From contig JAYWED010000008.1 in the NCBI GenBank assembly GCA_043779525.1, positions 24,881 to 88,880 of the forward strand: a stretch of DNA of 64,000 bases, read 5' to 3'. Below the pieces are notes generated by a model, which had not been told where the DNA came from, did no database searches, and saw only the letters and a list, made by a program, of their open reading frames with translations. Positions 39,360 to 49,644 of the stretch are shown one piece after another. Source of the stretch: Candidatus Eiseniibacteriota bacterium (GTDB taxonomy: Bacteria > Eisenbacteria > RBG-16-71-46 > SZUA-252). Each line of letters begins with the position of its first letter. Positions within the stretch are counted from its first letter, which is position 1. The position numbers and the translations under genes were made by a program.

Positions 39360-40019
39360 ATGCCGATCCGCCTGGGAGACACCGCGCCCGATTTCACCGC
39401 CGATACGACCGAGGGAAAGCTGAAGTTCCATGAATGGAAGGGCGACAGCTGGGCCGTGCTCTTCTCGCACCCGAAGGACTACACGCCGGTGTGCACGACC
39501 GAGCTGGGCCGCGTGGCCTCGCTCAAGAAGGAGTTCGAGAAGCGGAACGTCAAGGTGATCGGACTCAGCGTGGATCCGCTCGACAGCCACAAGGGCTGGA
39601 TGAAGGACATCCAGGACGTGACCGGCCACGCCGTCAACTTCCCGCTCATCGCCGATGCCGACCGGAGAGTCTCGAATCTTTACGACATGATCCATCCGAA
39701 CGCGAACGACACGCTGACCGTGCGCTCCGTGTTCGTGGTGTCGCCGGACAACAAGGTCAAGCTCTCGCTCACCTATCCGGCGAGCACCGGCCGGAACTTC
39801 GACGAGCTGCTCCGCTCCATCGACTCGCTCCAGCTAACAGCCAAGTATTCCGTGGCCACGCCCGCGGACTGGAAGCATGGCGAGGACGTGATCATCGCTT
39901 CGTCGGTGTCCGACGAGGACGCCAAGAAGAAGTTCCCGGAGGGCTGGGACGCGAAGAAGCCCTATCTCCGCGTCGTGCCCCAGCCCGGAACGAAGGGCGC
40001 CCCGACCCCGGCGCGCTGA
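39360..40019 (+). CDS. 1-Cys peroxiredoxin (Prx6 family)
   Basis: ...[20 protein letters not shown]... (peroxidatic Cys), Prx6-type length, and a C-terminal extension. Confidence 0.9.
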   Translation: MPIRLGDTAPDFTADTTEGKLKFHEWKGDSWAVLFSHPKDYTPVCTTELGRVASLKKEFEKRNVKVIGLSVDPLDSHKGWMKDIQDVTGHAVNFPLIADADRRVSNLYDMIHPNANDTLTVRSVFVVSPDNKVKLSLTYPASTGRNFDELLRSIDSLQLTAKYSVATPADWKHGEDVIIASSVSDEDAKKKFPEGWDAKKPYLRVVPQPGTKGAPTPAR

Positions 40020-40057
40020 GGCGAGCGATTCCAGCAAGCGTTCGCGGAGGACAAACG

Positions 40058-41281
40058 TTGCGCATCGGAACACCGCTCACTCCCAGCGCCACGAGAGTCA
40101 TGCTGCTCGGCGCGGGAGAGCTGGGCAAGGAGGTCATCATCGCGCTGCAGCGCTTCGGCGTCGAGGTGATCGCCGTGGACCGGTACGCCCACGCCCCGGG
40201 ACACCACGTGGCTCACCGGTTCCACGTGATCGACATGACGGACCCCAAGGCCCTCCGCGCGATCGTCGAAGCGGAACGGCCGCATCTCGTGGTGCCGGAG
40301 ATCGAGGCGATCGCGACCGACGAGCTGGCCCGGATCGAAGCGGACGGGCTGGCGCGGGTGATCCCCACGGCGCGCGCCACCCAGCTCACCATGAATCGCG
40401 AGGGCATCCGCCGGCTTGTCGCCGAGGAACTCAAGCTCCCCACTTCCAAGTACGCCTTCGCGGAGACCTCCGAGGAGGCCCTTCGCGCCGCTCAGACGCT
40501 CGGCTTCCCCTGCGTGATGAAGCCGGTCATGTCCTCGTCGGGCAAGGGACAGTCCGTGCTGCGCAGCCCGGACGACGTCGCGAAGGCCTGGGATTACGCC
40601 ATGAGCGCGGGACGCGTGAAGAACGCGCGCGTGATCGTCGAGGAATGGATCGCGTTCGATTACGAGATCACGCTCTTGACCGTGCGCTCCCGTGGCGAGC
40701 ACGGAAAGAGCGAGACTAACTTCTGCGCTCCGATCGGACACGTCCAGGTGAACGGGGATTACGTCGAGAGCTGGCAGCCGCAGCCCATGACCGGGCGCGC
40801 GCTCACGCGATCCAGGGAGATCGCGAAACGGATCACCGACAATCTCGGCGGAAGCGGCATCTTCGGGGTCGAGCTCTTCGTGCAGGGAGACCGCGTCTGG
40901 TTCAGCGAGGTGAGCCCGCGGCCCCACGACACCGGCATGGTCACGATGATCACGCAGGCACAGAGCGAGTTCGAGCTTCACGCGAGAGCGATCCTGGATC
41001 TACCTGTGAATACGTCGCTTCGAACGCCAGGCGCGAGCGCCGTCATTTACGGTGGCACGAACGCGAAAGGGATCGCCTACGAGGGGCTCGACGAGGCCCT
41101 CCGCCTTCCAGACGTCGAGGTGCGCCTCTTCGGAAAGCCCGAAGCGTTCCCGAAGCGGCGGATGGGTGTGGCGCTGGCTCACGGGCGCGACTTCGGCGAG
41201 GCGCGGCAGCGCGCCAAGCTCTGCGCGTCCCTGGTGAGGCCGGTCAGCCCGGCGGCCGTTCCCGACGCGTCGATCCCATGA
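40058..41281 (+). CDS. purT: formate-dependent phosphoribosylglycinamide formyltransferase (PurT, GAR transformylase 2)
   Basis: (M)[25 protein letters not shown]...ATP-grasp...[20 protein letters not shown]...FGVELFV...[13 protein letters not shown] is colinear with E. coli PurT. The TTG start is chosen by the homologous N-terminus. The frame is open upstream. Confidence 0.85.
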   Translation: MRIGTPLTPSATRVMLLGAGELGKEVIIALQRFGVEVIAVDRYAHAPGHHVAHRFHVIDMTDPKALRAIVEAERPHLVVPEIEAIATDELARIEADGLARVIPTARATQLTMNREGIRRLVAEELKLPTSKYAFAETSEEALRAAQTLGFPCVMKPVMSSSGKGQSVLRSPDDVAKAWDYAMSAGRVKNARVIVEEWIAFDYEITLLTVRSRGEHGKSETNFCAPIGHVQVNGDYVESWQPQPMTGRALTRSREIAKRITDNLGGSGIFGVELFVQGDRVWFSEVSPRPHDTGMVTMITQAQSEFELHARAILDLPVNTSLRTPGASAVIYGGTNAKGIAYEGLDEALRLPDVEVRLFGKPEAFPKRRMGVALAHGRDFGEARQRAKLCASLVRPVSPAAVPDASIP

Positions 41282-42563
41282 GCGGCAGGAGCGAGAGCGA
41301 GACCAGCCCGAAGAGCCCGTCGATCGCGAGGGTCGAGGGATAGCCCCATCGCTCGAGCGCGTGGCCCTGCCACGTGGCCGTGTAGGCGTACACCATATTG
41401 CAGAGCGCCATGTAGCCCGTGAACTGCGTTGCCGCCACCGCGGGCGTCGTGACGTCCATGTAGATCGCGGTGCCCACCCCGTACATCAGCCCCTGGAACA
41501 CCGCGTACGCCAGCGTCAGACCCCAGAACAGAGCCACAAGCTCGTGGGGCGGGATGGGACGGCCGGCAGCCAGCGGGCTGATGGGCATGATCCAGCCGAA
41601 CCGGTGCATCGCGATCGCCATGGCGAAGGTCGGCAGCGTCGTGCCCGCGATGAAGACCGCGAGCGTGCGGCGGCGCCCGAAGCGGTCGGAGAGCCATCCG
41701 CCGAGAACGCAGAATCCGGCCGAGAGCGCCGTGCTCGCGAGACCGAGCATCCCGATGCTCCGGTCGGTGAGTCCCAGCTCCACGGCGAGGTTCGACTGGA
41801 GCGCGAGCGAGAGCGCGTAGGCGCCCATGGGCAGGAGCGCCAGCACGATCGCCACGGATGCGGCGCGGCTTCCGAGAAACGCGCGCCCCGTGTCGCGAAC
41901 GAACCGGCCGAGCTCCCGCCCCACGGCTGCGAGGCGCGACCGCTCCCCCGTGGGTCGCGGCGGGCCGGCCGGCTCGCGCATGGGCGCGGGTACGAGAAAC
42001 GTGACGAGCGCGATCAGGCCCGCGACGAATACGAACGTGGCCTTGAACCCGATCAAGGGCGTGAGGAGGAGCACGCCGGAGCCGCCCAGCGCGTTCCCGA
42101 TGTACTGCCCCCCGAACATGAGTCCGTTCGCCAGCCCCCTCTCGTCGGCGCGAAGCACGTTCACGGCGAGCGAATCGATGGCCACGTCCTGCGTCGCGGC
42201 GAATACATTGTGGACGAACACGATCGCCGTGAAGAGCCCAAGGCGCGTCGTGAAGCTGACCGGCATGGCGGCCAGGATGGTGACGACCATCATTCCCTGC
42301 GTGAGGAGGATCCACATCCGCCGCCGTCCCCACCGGTCGATCGAGAGTACGTCGACGAACGGGCCGAACGCCCACTTCACGGCCCACGGGAGATAGAGCA
42401 CGCCGATGAATCCCCCGATGGCCGCGGGGGAGAGTCCCTGCCGCCGCATCTGCGTGGCGACCGCGGTCGCGGTGAATCCTGCCGGGATGCCTTCGGTGAG
42501 ATAGAGAAGAAAGAACGCGGCCAGGCGCCTGCGGCGCGTGGCGAGGAGGTCCGGTAGACGCAT
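41244..42563 (-). CDS. MFS transporter (AmpG/PAT-family-like)
   Basis: 12-TM profile. N-terminal ...[23 protein letters not shown]...[14 protein letters not shown]... is typical of AmpG-type MFS permeases. Confidence 0.7.
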   Translation of the reverse strand: MRLPDLLATRRRRLAAFFLLYLTEGIPAGFTATAVATQMRRQGLSPAAIGGFIGVLYLPWAVKWAFGPFVDVLSIDRWGRRRMWILLTQGMMVVTILAAMPVSFTTRLGLFTAIVFVHNVFAATQDVAIDSLAVNVLRADERGLANGLMFGGQYIGNALGGSGVLLLTPLIGFKATFVFVAGLIALVTFLVPAPMREPAGPPRPTGERSRLAAVGRELGRFVRDTGRAFLGSRAASVAIVLALLPMGAYALSLALQSNLAVELGLTDRSIGMLGLASTALSAGFCVLGGWLSDRFGRRRTLAVFIAGTTLPTFAMAIAMHRFGWIMPISPLAAGRPIPPHELVALFWGLTLAYAVFQGLMYGVGTAIYMDVTTPAVAATQFTGYMALCNMVYAYTATWQGHALERWGYPSTLAIDGLFGLVSLSLLPLMGSTRRERPPG

Positions 42564-42769
42564 GGCGGTACGGTGCGGTCGCCTCCGGGCGAAGTCAAGC
42601 GGCCGCCGCGAGACGGCACTCCGATTCGCCCCGCGCGATATATAATAGGATCCATCCGACCCTGAAACCCTGAGGCTCGACACAGATGCCCTTGCAGCAT
42701 TTCCATACCACGCCCGAGCCGCGGATCTCGCCCCAGGCGAAACGGCGCGTGCTCGTGGCCTGACCCGAT

Positions 42770-43666
42770 TTGGGAATTCTCTTCGGTGTCCTCGCAGCGG
42801 CGTTCTGGGGCGTCGGCGATTTCTTCATCACGCTTCTGACTCGGCGCATCGGGACGCGATGGGCGCTTCTCTCGATCCAGGCGCTCAGCCTCGCTGCCTG
42901 GTTCGTCCTTCTTCTAGGCGGGGCCAAGCCGGCCGCGGTGACCGCGCCGCTCTGGGGCATCCTCTTCGCGACGGGCGTCTGCCACGTCCTCGGCCTCGCC
43001 CTGGTCTACCGCGCCTTCGAGATCGGAAACCTCGCCATCGTCTCTCCGATCTCCTCGGCATTCGCCATCGTCACCGCGATTCTCTCGCTCGTGTCCGGGG
43101 AGCGTCCCCCCGCGCTCGTTCTCGCCGGTTCGCTCCTTCTGATGGCGGGCGTCGCGCTCGCCACGCGCGCACCGTCTTCGAGCCCCGCTTCGACGACATC
43201 CCTCCGCGGAGTCCCGGAAGCTCTCGCCAGCGCGGTCGCGTTCGGAACCATGTTCTGGCTGTTCTATTTCTACATCCAGCCCAAGCTCGGCTACGCGCTC
43301 CCGCTCGTATCGCTCAAGACGCTGGCGGTGTGCGGCTCAGCCCTGGCGTTCGTCCGACCGGGCCGTGGAGAAGGGTGCGGAACGCTCGAGGCGGCCAAGG
43401 CGGAAGCGGCGATGGCGGCTCCGGCGATGGCGGCTCCGATGGTCGTGCTCCTGGCGATCGCCGCCGCCACGGCCGATACGGCGGCGTGGCTGGCCTACAT
43501 CCAGGGAACGCACACGGCATACGCCACCGTGGTCACGGCGCTTGCCTCGCTATTCAGCGCGGTCACGGTCTTGCTCGCATGGCGGTTCTTCCGGGAGCGG
43601 CTCGCGGTCCATCAATGGATCGGCATCGGAGTGATTCTGGCGGGGATTCTTCTCGTCAATATCTAG
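42770..43666 (+). CDS. EamA/DMT-superfamily transporter
   Basis: Ten hydrophobic segments, duplicated EamA half-domains, N-terminal ...AAFWGVGDFFITLL.... Confidence 0.75.
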   Translation: MGILFGVLAAAFWGVGDFFITLLTRRIGTRWALLSIQALSLAAWFVLLLGGAKPAAVTAPLWGILFATGVCHVLGLALVYRAFEIGNLAIVSPISSAFAIVTAILSLVSGERPPALVLAGSLLLMAGVALATRAPSSSPASTTSLRGVPEALASAVAFGTMFWLFYFYIQPKLGYALPLVSLKTLAVCGSALAFVRPGRGEGCGTLEAAKAEAAMAAPAMAAPMVVLLAIAAATADTAAWLAYIQGTHTAYATVVTALASLFSAVTVLLAWRFFRERLAVHQWIGIGVILAGILLVNI

Positions 43667-43668
43667 AC

Positions 43669-45444
43669 TCAGGCCGCGTTCCGGCCGAGCGCGGCGCCGC
43701 CGGCGGGCTTCCCGCTCTCGGGAGCGTGTACCCGGGGTAGGAGCACCGTGAACCTCGCGCCTCTTCCCTGGCCCTCGCTCTCCGCCTGAATGCTCCCTCC
43801 GTGGGCGATTGCGATCGCGTTCGCCTTCGCGAGGTTGAGCGCCGACCCGGACCGGTGGTGCAGGGAGTCGGCGATGGTGAATGGCTTGAGAATCTCTTCT
43901 GCAAGCTCCGGCGCGAACCCTGCCCCGGTGTCCTCGACACAGAGGCGGACTTCCTCGGCCGATGCCTCGCACCGTATCGAAACGTGGACCCCCTCGGGCG
44001 AGAACCGGACCGCGTTGTCGAGGAGGATGCGGACGACTTCGGTCAGGTCCGCCGGGCTGCCGCGAACGAGGCACGGCTCGGCCGGGAGGATGATGTTCAC
44101 ACGAGCCTCGGCGTCCGCGAGCCCCGGAACCTGTTCCCGCGCCGCATCCACCAAGGTCGCGACCGCGGACACCTCCTCGGAACGCGCCGGCTCTCCGACG
44201 ATCCAGGCTCGGTACGTGAGGGCCGTCTCGATGAAGCGCTTCAGGCGGTCGTAGCCGTTTCGCAGCACCTTCACGATCTCGATCTGGTCCGGCCGCCCCC
44301 CGCTGTCCAGGAACTCGATCGCGGAGAGGACGGTCAGCGGGGTGCGTAGCTCGTGGGAGACGAAGGTCAGGAAGTCGTCCTTCATGCGGTCGAGCATGCG
44401 CAGGCGCTCGTTCGCCGCGGCAAGCTGGAGCGCCTGCGCGCTGGACTCCTGATAGGCGCGCGCCAGCTCGGCGCTCTGCAGTCTGTTGTAGATCGCGATC
44501 GAGGCGGTGTCGGCGATGTAGGCCAGGATCTCCTCGTCGCGCTCCTCGAAGGGGAGTCCGCTCGTCCGGTCGCCCACCACCAGAATGCCCAGGACCTGGC
44601 TGCTAGCCAGGAGCGTCGCGCGCAGGAATGGAGCGACGGGAAGCAAGTCGCGGACGCCCAGGGGGGCCCGCGCAAGGATGGGAGCGTCTTCCAGGGACCG
44701 GGCGAGGATCGTGCGCAGATCGCAGAGCCTCTCCATGTCGCTTCCCTGCACCGCCGCGCGCGCGGCCTTGGAGGCGTCTCCGCAGGCGCCCTGCAGGACC
44801 ATTGCTCCTTCCTCGAACAGCCATACCGAGGCGTGACTGCAGACGAATGTCTCGCGGGCGAACTGAGCGACCTGGTCCAGCGTGACCGGCAGGGCGGTGA
44901 GGGCGTTCAAGGTATCGGAGAACCGGTACAGGTCCCCGATGACGCGGCGCTGGGAATCGATCGTGCGCTGCATCCAGAACCGCTGGAGAAGATGGACGAT
45001 GCTGACCGTGAAGTCGTGCTCGTTGTCCACCGGCTTAGTCAGATACTTGTCCAGGAGCCGGTCGTTGATGGCGGTGATGGCCGACTCCAGGCCGGCGTGT
45101 CCCGTCAGGAGCACGCGGATCGTTTCCGGGTGGCTCTCGCGAACCCGGGCCAGGAACGCGGTCCCTTTCATCTGAGGCATCTGCTGGTCGCTGACGACCA
45201 TGGCGACGATTCCGCCGTCCGCCACGATCTCTTCCAGCGACTCGAGCGCGTCCTGCGGGTTCGTGAAGAAGAGAAAGCGGTATGCGGGGCCCGAGGGGGC
45301 GTTTTCCTGGACGCGCCCCGGCAGAAATAGCTCGAGCGATTTCACGAACTCGGCGTCGTCGTCCACGCAGACGACGAAGCATTCCTGCCCTGCGCCGGCC
45401 ACGGCCGCGCCTTCGGGCTGGCTCTTCCCGGGGAGCTGGGTCAC
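43669..45444 (-). CDS. hybrid signalling protein: N-terminal receiver (REC) + GAF + HisKA + HATPase_c
   Basis: REC ...VVCVDDDAEFVKSL...MVVSDQQMPQMKG.... Central GAF. H-box DDFLTFVSHELRTPLT. ATPase ...LLDNAVRFSPEG...DTGAGF.... Confidence 0.8.
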   Translation of the reverse strand: MTQLPGKSQPEGAAVAGAGQECFVVCVDDDAEFVKSLELFLPGRVQENAPSGPAYRFLFFTNPQDALESLEEIVADGGIVAMVVSDQQMPQMKGTAFLARVRESHPETIRVLLTGHAGLESAITAINDRLLDKYLTKPVDNEHDFTVSIVHLLQRFWMQRTIDSQRRVIGDLYRFSDTLNALTALPVTLDQVAQFARETFVCSHASVWLFEEGAMVLQGACGDASKAARAAVQGSDMERLCDLRTILARSLEDAPILARAPLGVRDLLPVAPFLRATLLASSQVLGILVVGDRTSGLPFEERDEEILAYIADTASIAIYNRLQSAELARAYQESSAQALQLAAANERLRMLDRMKDDFLTFVSHELRTPLTVLSAIEFLDSGGRPDQIEIVKVLRNGYDRLKRFIETALTYRAWIVGEPARSEEVSAVATLVDAAREQVPGLADAEARVNIILPAEPCLVRGSPADLTEVVRILLDNAVRFSPEGVHVSIRCEASAEEVRLCVEDTGAGFAPELAEEILKPFTIADSLHHRSGSALNLAKANAIAIAHGGSIQAESEGQGRGARFTVLLPRVHAPESGKPAGGAALGRNAA

Positions 45445-47348
45445 GCCGCACGCTCCGGATGAGCCGACCCGCCCGAGTCGCTTTCGGGAGACCCGTGCGC
45501 GCCGGGGCCGCGGTCACCGTCGTCCGATGGAACTTGCTTAAGCCCCGCAACGCGGAGCGTGATCTCGAACGTCGTCGTCCCTGGACGACTCACCACCGAC
45601 ACCGTCCCCCCCAGCTTCGTCACGATCCCGGAGACGATGGAGAGCCCGAGCCCCGTTCCCTTGCCGATGTCCTTGGTCGTGTAGAAGGGATCGAATACCT
45701 TCTGCAGCTTGTCCTCCGGAATGCCCACCCCGTTATCCGTGATGGCGACGTGGATCTGGTCGCCCGACCGGCGCGTGGTGATCTCGATCATGCCTTGGTG
45801 GTCCGGTCCCATCTCCTCGACGGCGTCGCACGCGTTCGTGAGCAGGTTGGTCCAGATCTGGTTCAGCTCTCCCGTCCCCAGGACCGGGGGAAGATCGGGC
45901 GCCAGGTTGGCGCGCACGGCCACCTTGTTCTTCAAGTGGTTCCGGAGGAGCACCAGAGCGATCTGGATCGACTCGTTGATCTGGATCGCCTCGATGCGGT
46001 CGGCGTCGGAGCGGGCGTAGTACTTGAGCGCCCTCACGATCTCCGCGATCTTCTGGGAGCTGGTCTCCGCGATCGCGATGCCCTGGGCGATGCTGCCGTA
46101 GGCGTCCGCGAGTTTCAAGAACGAGGCGTCCCCGACACAGGCAAGGTGCTCCCTTAGCTGTTCGGGCTCCGTGAAGCGGATCCGCGCCAAGACGACCGCA
46201 CGCTGCCTGGCGTCACCGATTCCATGCTCGATCAGGAGCTGCTCCACCCGCTTCGCGTCGCGGTACGAGGACACATCGCCGGTCTTGGTGTTGGCGGTCC
46301 GGAGATCCTCCAGGCAGGCCGCCATCGCGCCCGGAGGAATCTCGCCGCGCCAGAACGGGACCAGGGACTGCGGCAGCGCCGCGAGCATCCGGGCCAGGTT
46401 CCGCGACACGTTCAGGATCGCCCCGACGGGCGTGTTGATCTCGTGGGCCACGCCCGCGATCAGAATCCCGAGCGAGGCCATCTTCTCGCTCAGGACGAGG
46501 TGGCTCTGTGTGTTCTTGAGGTCCTCGTAAGTCTTCTGCAGCGCCGCCGTCTTTTCGCGAACCATGTTCTCGAGGTGGCGGTTGTACTCGTCGAGTTCGT
46601 GTCGCGAGCGTTTCAGATCCGCCGACATGCGGTTCAGGGCCGCGGCCAGCTCGGCGATCTCGTCGGAGGGATGGACGGGAAGGTCGACATCGTAGTCGCC
46701 CTTCGCAATGCGGTGCGTCGCCTGGATCAGCCGCGTCAACCGGGCAAGAATCACATGGCGTATGAGCACGTAGAGCGCGAGGCAGACGATGATCGTTTTC
46801 AAAACCTGGAGCGCGATGATGCTTCGATCCACCTTGGCGATCGTCGCGGTGATGTCGTCGAAGGAGATCTCGATGACCGCGGCGCCCGTGATCTTGGATC
46901 CGCGGAGAATCGGCGAAACCGACCGAATCCCGAGAGCGTGCTTGTCTTCCGTCATGATCCGCGTGCTCGGCTTGGCGGCTCGCAGGGCGTCGAGCACGTC
47001 CGCTTGTGGAATCCTGGGGCCGATCCGGGACGGATCGGAGTCCGCCACGTCACGCGGCGTGGGGTCGTAGAACGCGATCCGACGGATATTCCGGTAGTAG
47101 GTCATGTACTTGGCGATGACGTCCTGGGTCGTGCTCTCTTTGCTGGGATCCACGTCGTACTTCACGTCGTGGACGAAGGAAGCAGCCAGGATCTCGACCG
47201 TGCTCAGCTTCTGGCTGACCACGTAGTCGTAGACGATCCGGCGAACGACCATGGTGGCGGCGGCATTGGCGATGATGAGGGTCCCCGCCACCATGAGGAG
47301 CACCTTCGCCCGGATGGAGAGAGGCGGGATCCGGCGAATGCCCATCAC
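45441..47348 (-). CDS. membrane sensor histidine kinase (extracytoplasmic sensor + HAMP + HisKA + HATPase_c)
   Basis: Two TM segments flanking a roughly 170-aa periplasmic domain. HAMP ...IAKGDYDVDLPVHPSDEIAELAAALNRMSADL. H-box LGILIAGVAHEINTP. ATPase ...NLLTNACDA...DNGVGIP...GTGLGLSIV. 4-bp overlaps with both neighbouring genes. Confidence 0.85.
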   Translation of the reverse strand: MMGIRRIPPLSIRAKVLLMVAGTLIIANAAATMVVRRIVYDYVVSQKLSTVEILAASFVHDVKYDVDPSKESTTQDVIAKYMTYYRNIRRIAFYDPTPRDVADSDPSRIGPRIPQADVLDALRAAKPSTRIMTEDKHALGIRSVSPILRGSKITGAAVIEISFDDITATIAKVDRSIIALQVLKTIIVCLALYVLIRHVILARLTRLIQATHRIAKGDYDVDLPVHPSDEIAELAAALNRMSADLKRSRHELDEYNRHLENMVREKTAALQKTYEDLKNTQSHLVLSEKMASLGILIAGVAHEINTPVGAILNVSRNLARMLAALPQSLVPFWRGEIPPGAMAACLEDLRTANTKTGDVSSYRDAKRVEQLLIEHGIGDARQRAVVLARIRFTEPEQLREHLACVGDASFLKLADAYGSIAQGIAIAETSSQKIAEIVRALKYYARSDADRIEAIQINESIQIALVLLRNHLKNKVAVRANLAPDLPPVLGTGELNQIWTNLLTNACDAVEEMGPDHQGMIEITTRRSGDQIHVAITDNGVGIPEDKLQKVFDPFYTTKDIGKGTGLGLSIVSGIVTKLGGTVSVVSRPGTTTFEITLRVAGLKQVPSDDGDRGPGAHGSPESDSGGSAHPERAA

Positions 47349-48820
47349 ACGTCTACGGGCGATCGAGCCGCCGCGGAGGCGATCTCGTCATAGTGCCCGT
47401 CCAGCTGGTAGCTTTGGCGGTACTTCTGCACCCATGGAGAGACGGGATTGAGACCGCCGGGGGGATATCCGCCCCAGGGCTCGAACATCGATTCGATGGA
47501 AGGGTCCGCGTTCACGCAGATGCGCGGCGCGCGGGACAGGCGCGCGAACTCCCGGATGGAATCCGGCCGCGAGCTCAGGACCGCGTCGCTGAGCGGGAAG
47601 CGATTGGCTCCGAGCCACCGTGGGACATCGGCCCACCGGACGGGCTGGATCCAGATGGCGGGCCCGTAGAGTCCCTCCCGGACCGTCGGATTCTCGGGCC
47701 CCAGGCCCTCGACGACCGCGGGCCGGAAGTAGGCGCCCGTGGCTTCCCCGCCGACCAGCACCCGCGCGCCGTCGGCCGAGAGCATCCGCCTGAGCCCCTG
47801 GGCCTGGCTCTCGCTGAAGAGCGGTCCCACCCGCGTCCCCTCCAGATAGGGATCCCCCGGCGTGAGCGACGCGAAAGAATCGACCAGCGCCCGGCGCAAT
47901 CTCGAATAGAGGGCCTCTTCGACCAGCACGCCGTTGATCGAGGTGCAGGTCTCGCCGTTGAAGCGCGTCGCCGCCTCGGTGATGAGGCGTGTCGCGGTCT
48001 CGAGCGGGTAGGTCTCGTCGATGTAGAGCATCCCGTTCCCCTGCCCGTCGAGGAGGCACAGCTTCCCCGCGGCGAAGGTCTGGTGGAGAGCGGAAGCGGC
48101 GTACCGGTTGCTCCCGATGTAGTGGACCACCTCGACATGCTCGCTCGCGCAGACGGCTTCGAGGAAGGTGCTGGCGAGCGAGTTCACGATGTCCAGACGT
48201 CCTTCCGGCGGATCGCTGGCGGCGACGCACTCCGCGAGGAGAGCGCCCGTGGATGCGGTCTGGAGCGACGGCCGCAGCAGGACGCGGGTGCCGGCATAGA
48301 GGGCGGAGGCCAGGATGGTGATTCCGAGACTCAGGGACGCGTTTTGCGGCACGAGGGCCGCCACGAGACGGTAGGGCCGGCTCGTCAGACGCATACCCCG
48401 GCGGGTGCTGGAAGAGTAGGAGTGGTGAAAGACGGATTCCTGCCGGGGCTGCTCCCCGATAAAGGTCTCGAAGGAGCCCAGGAAGTCGGTCGCCGCGTCC
48501 ACGATCTCTTCGGCGTCGTGGAAAATGAAGCCGGTTTCCGCGACCGTGACCCGGACCAGTTCCGCGCGTCGCTCCTCCAGCTCACCTTTCAACCTCCGAA
48601 AGAAGGCAAACAGCTCCTCGGCCGGCGTGTCACAGGGATGCGCCATCAGCCGGCGCGCCGCCGCGACAATTTCCTCCCTCGTCGCGAGGCGCACCTCGCG
48701 CAGGACCTCGCCCGTCACGGGAGAGATCAGCTCGTGCCGCTGGCCGGAAGACGGGATGGCCGGCCCGGAAGGCGGGATCACCGGTCCGGTGGGGCGCGAC
48801 AAGGGGGCCGCTTCGCTCAT
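47345..48820 (-). CDS. aldehyde-dehydrogenase-superfamily protein, atypical (catalytic Cys region present, canonical ELGG Glu motif not evident)
   Basis: ALDH-like length and a ...FNGETCTSINGVLV... Cys motif, but the ELGGKSP position reads VHYIGSNRY. Possibly a LuxC-like acyl reductase or other divergent member. ATGA overlaps with the solute-binding-protein stop. Confidence 0.6.
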   Translation of the reverse strand: MSEAAPLSRPTGPVIPPSGPAIPSSGQRHELISPVTGEVLREVRLATREEIVAAARRLMAHPCDTPAEELFAFFRRLKGELEERRAELVRVTVAETGFIFHDAEEIVDAATDFLGSFETFIGEQPRQESVFHHSYSSSTRRGMRLTSRPYRLVAALVPQNASLSLGITILASALYAGTRVLLRPSLQTASTGALLAECVAASDPPEGRLDIVNSLASTFLEAVCASEHVEVVHYIGSNRYAASALHQTFAAGKLCLLDGQGNGMLYIDETYPLETATRLITEAATRFNGETCTSINGVLVEEALYSRLRRALVDSFASLTPGDPYLEGTRVGPLFSESQAQGLRRMLSADGARVLVGGEATGAYFRPAVVEGLGPENPTVREGLYGPAIWIQPVRWADVPRWLGANRFPLSDAVLSSRPDSIREFARLSRAPRICVNADPSIESMFEPWGGYPPGGLNPVSPWVQKYRQSYQLDGHYDEIASAAARSPVDV

Positions 48821-49644
48821 AGAACGCCGATCCTTGCTTGATGCTTGTCGAGGATTCCCCACTTCGCGTAGATCGCCTTGAGCTTGCCCTCGCGCTTCAG
48901 AGTCTCGAGAGCGGCATTCACCGCCAGGCGGAGCGATTGATCCTCCTTGCGAAAGGCCGCGACGTACTGGCCTTCGTCGAAGGACTCGCCGACGTTTTTC
49001 AGCTTGGGATTGGAGGCGCCGTAGGCCGCGGCGATGGGGCTGTCGAGGAGAACCGCGTCGACCCGGCTGCTCTGAAGATCGCGATAGCTGTAGATGATCT
49101 CGGGATGGGTTACCACCTTGATACCGGAGGTCCGGCGCAGGATGTCCTCCGCAGCGGTTCCCGAGAGCGTTGCCACGGTCTTCCCCTTGAGGTCGCCCAG
49201 ACCGCTGACCCCCGATGTTCCTTCCCTCACCGTGAGCTGCTGCGAATAGACGAAATAGGGGGTGGAGAAGGCCACGATGGCGGCGCGGTCAGGGGTGTCC
49301 TCAATGCCGTTCATGGCCATGTCGAACGAGCCCTTCTGCAGCTCCGGAATCAGGGTGTCCCATGCGCGGATCGCGAGCCTGGACTTCACACCAAGCTGGG
49401 CCGCGACCTCGCGGGCGATGTCCACCTCGAAGCCGATGTAGGTCCCCGGATGCTTGGGATCCTCGAAGGCGTAGGGAATCCCGCCGATGACGTCCGCTCC
49501 CCATACCAGGACGCCGGCCTTCTTCACCCGCTCCAGCGAGGGATCCTCCGCGTGCTTCGCTCCGCCCCCCGAATGACCGGATCCGCAACCCGCCGCCCCG
49601 ACGAGCACGGCGGCCGTGAACCATGTGACAAGGATTCGTTTCAT
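48817..49644 (-). CDS. ABC-type polar amino-acid substrate-binding lipoprotein (SBP_bac_3 family)
   Basis: Lipobox VGAAGCGSG. ...GVLVWGADVIGGIPYAF..., ...FDMAMNGIEDTPDR... and ...GKTVATLSGTAAE... match family-3 SBPs. Confidence 0.85.
   Translation of the reverse strand: MKRILVTWFTAAVLVGAAGCGSGHSGGGAKHAEDPSLERVKKAGVLVWGADVIGGIPYAFEDPKHPGTYIGFEVDIAREVAAQLGVKSRLAIRAWDTLIPELQKGSFDMAMNGIEDTPDRAAIVAFSTPYFVYSQQLTVREGTSGVSGLGDLKGKTVATLSGTAAEDILRRTSGIKVVTHPEIIYSYRDLQSSRVDAVLLDSPIAAAYGASNPKLKNVGESFDEGQYVAAFRKEDQSLRLAVNAALETLKREGKLKAIYAKWGILDKHQARIGVL

Noticed and set aside
41179-42557. 402-aa minus-strand and 398-aa plus-strand ORFs overlapping the MFS transporter
   Set aside because: Only the 41244-42563 frame gives a 12-TM hydrophobic profile. 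The others are Arg/His/Gly-rich shadow frames.
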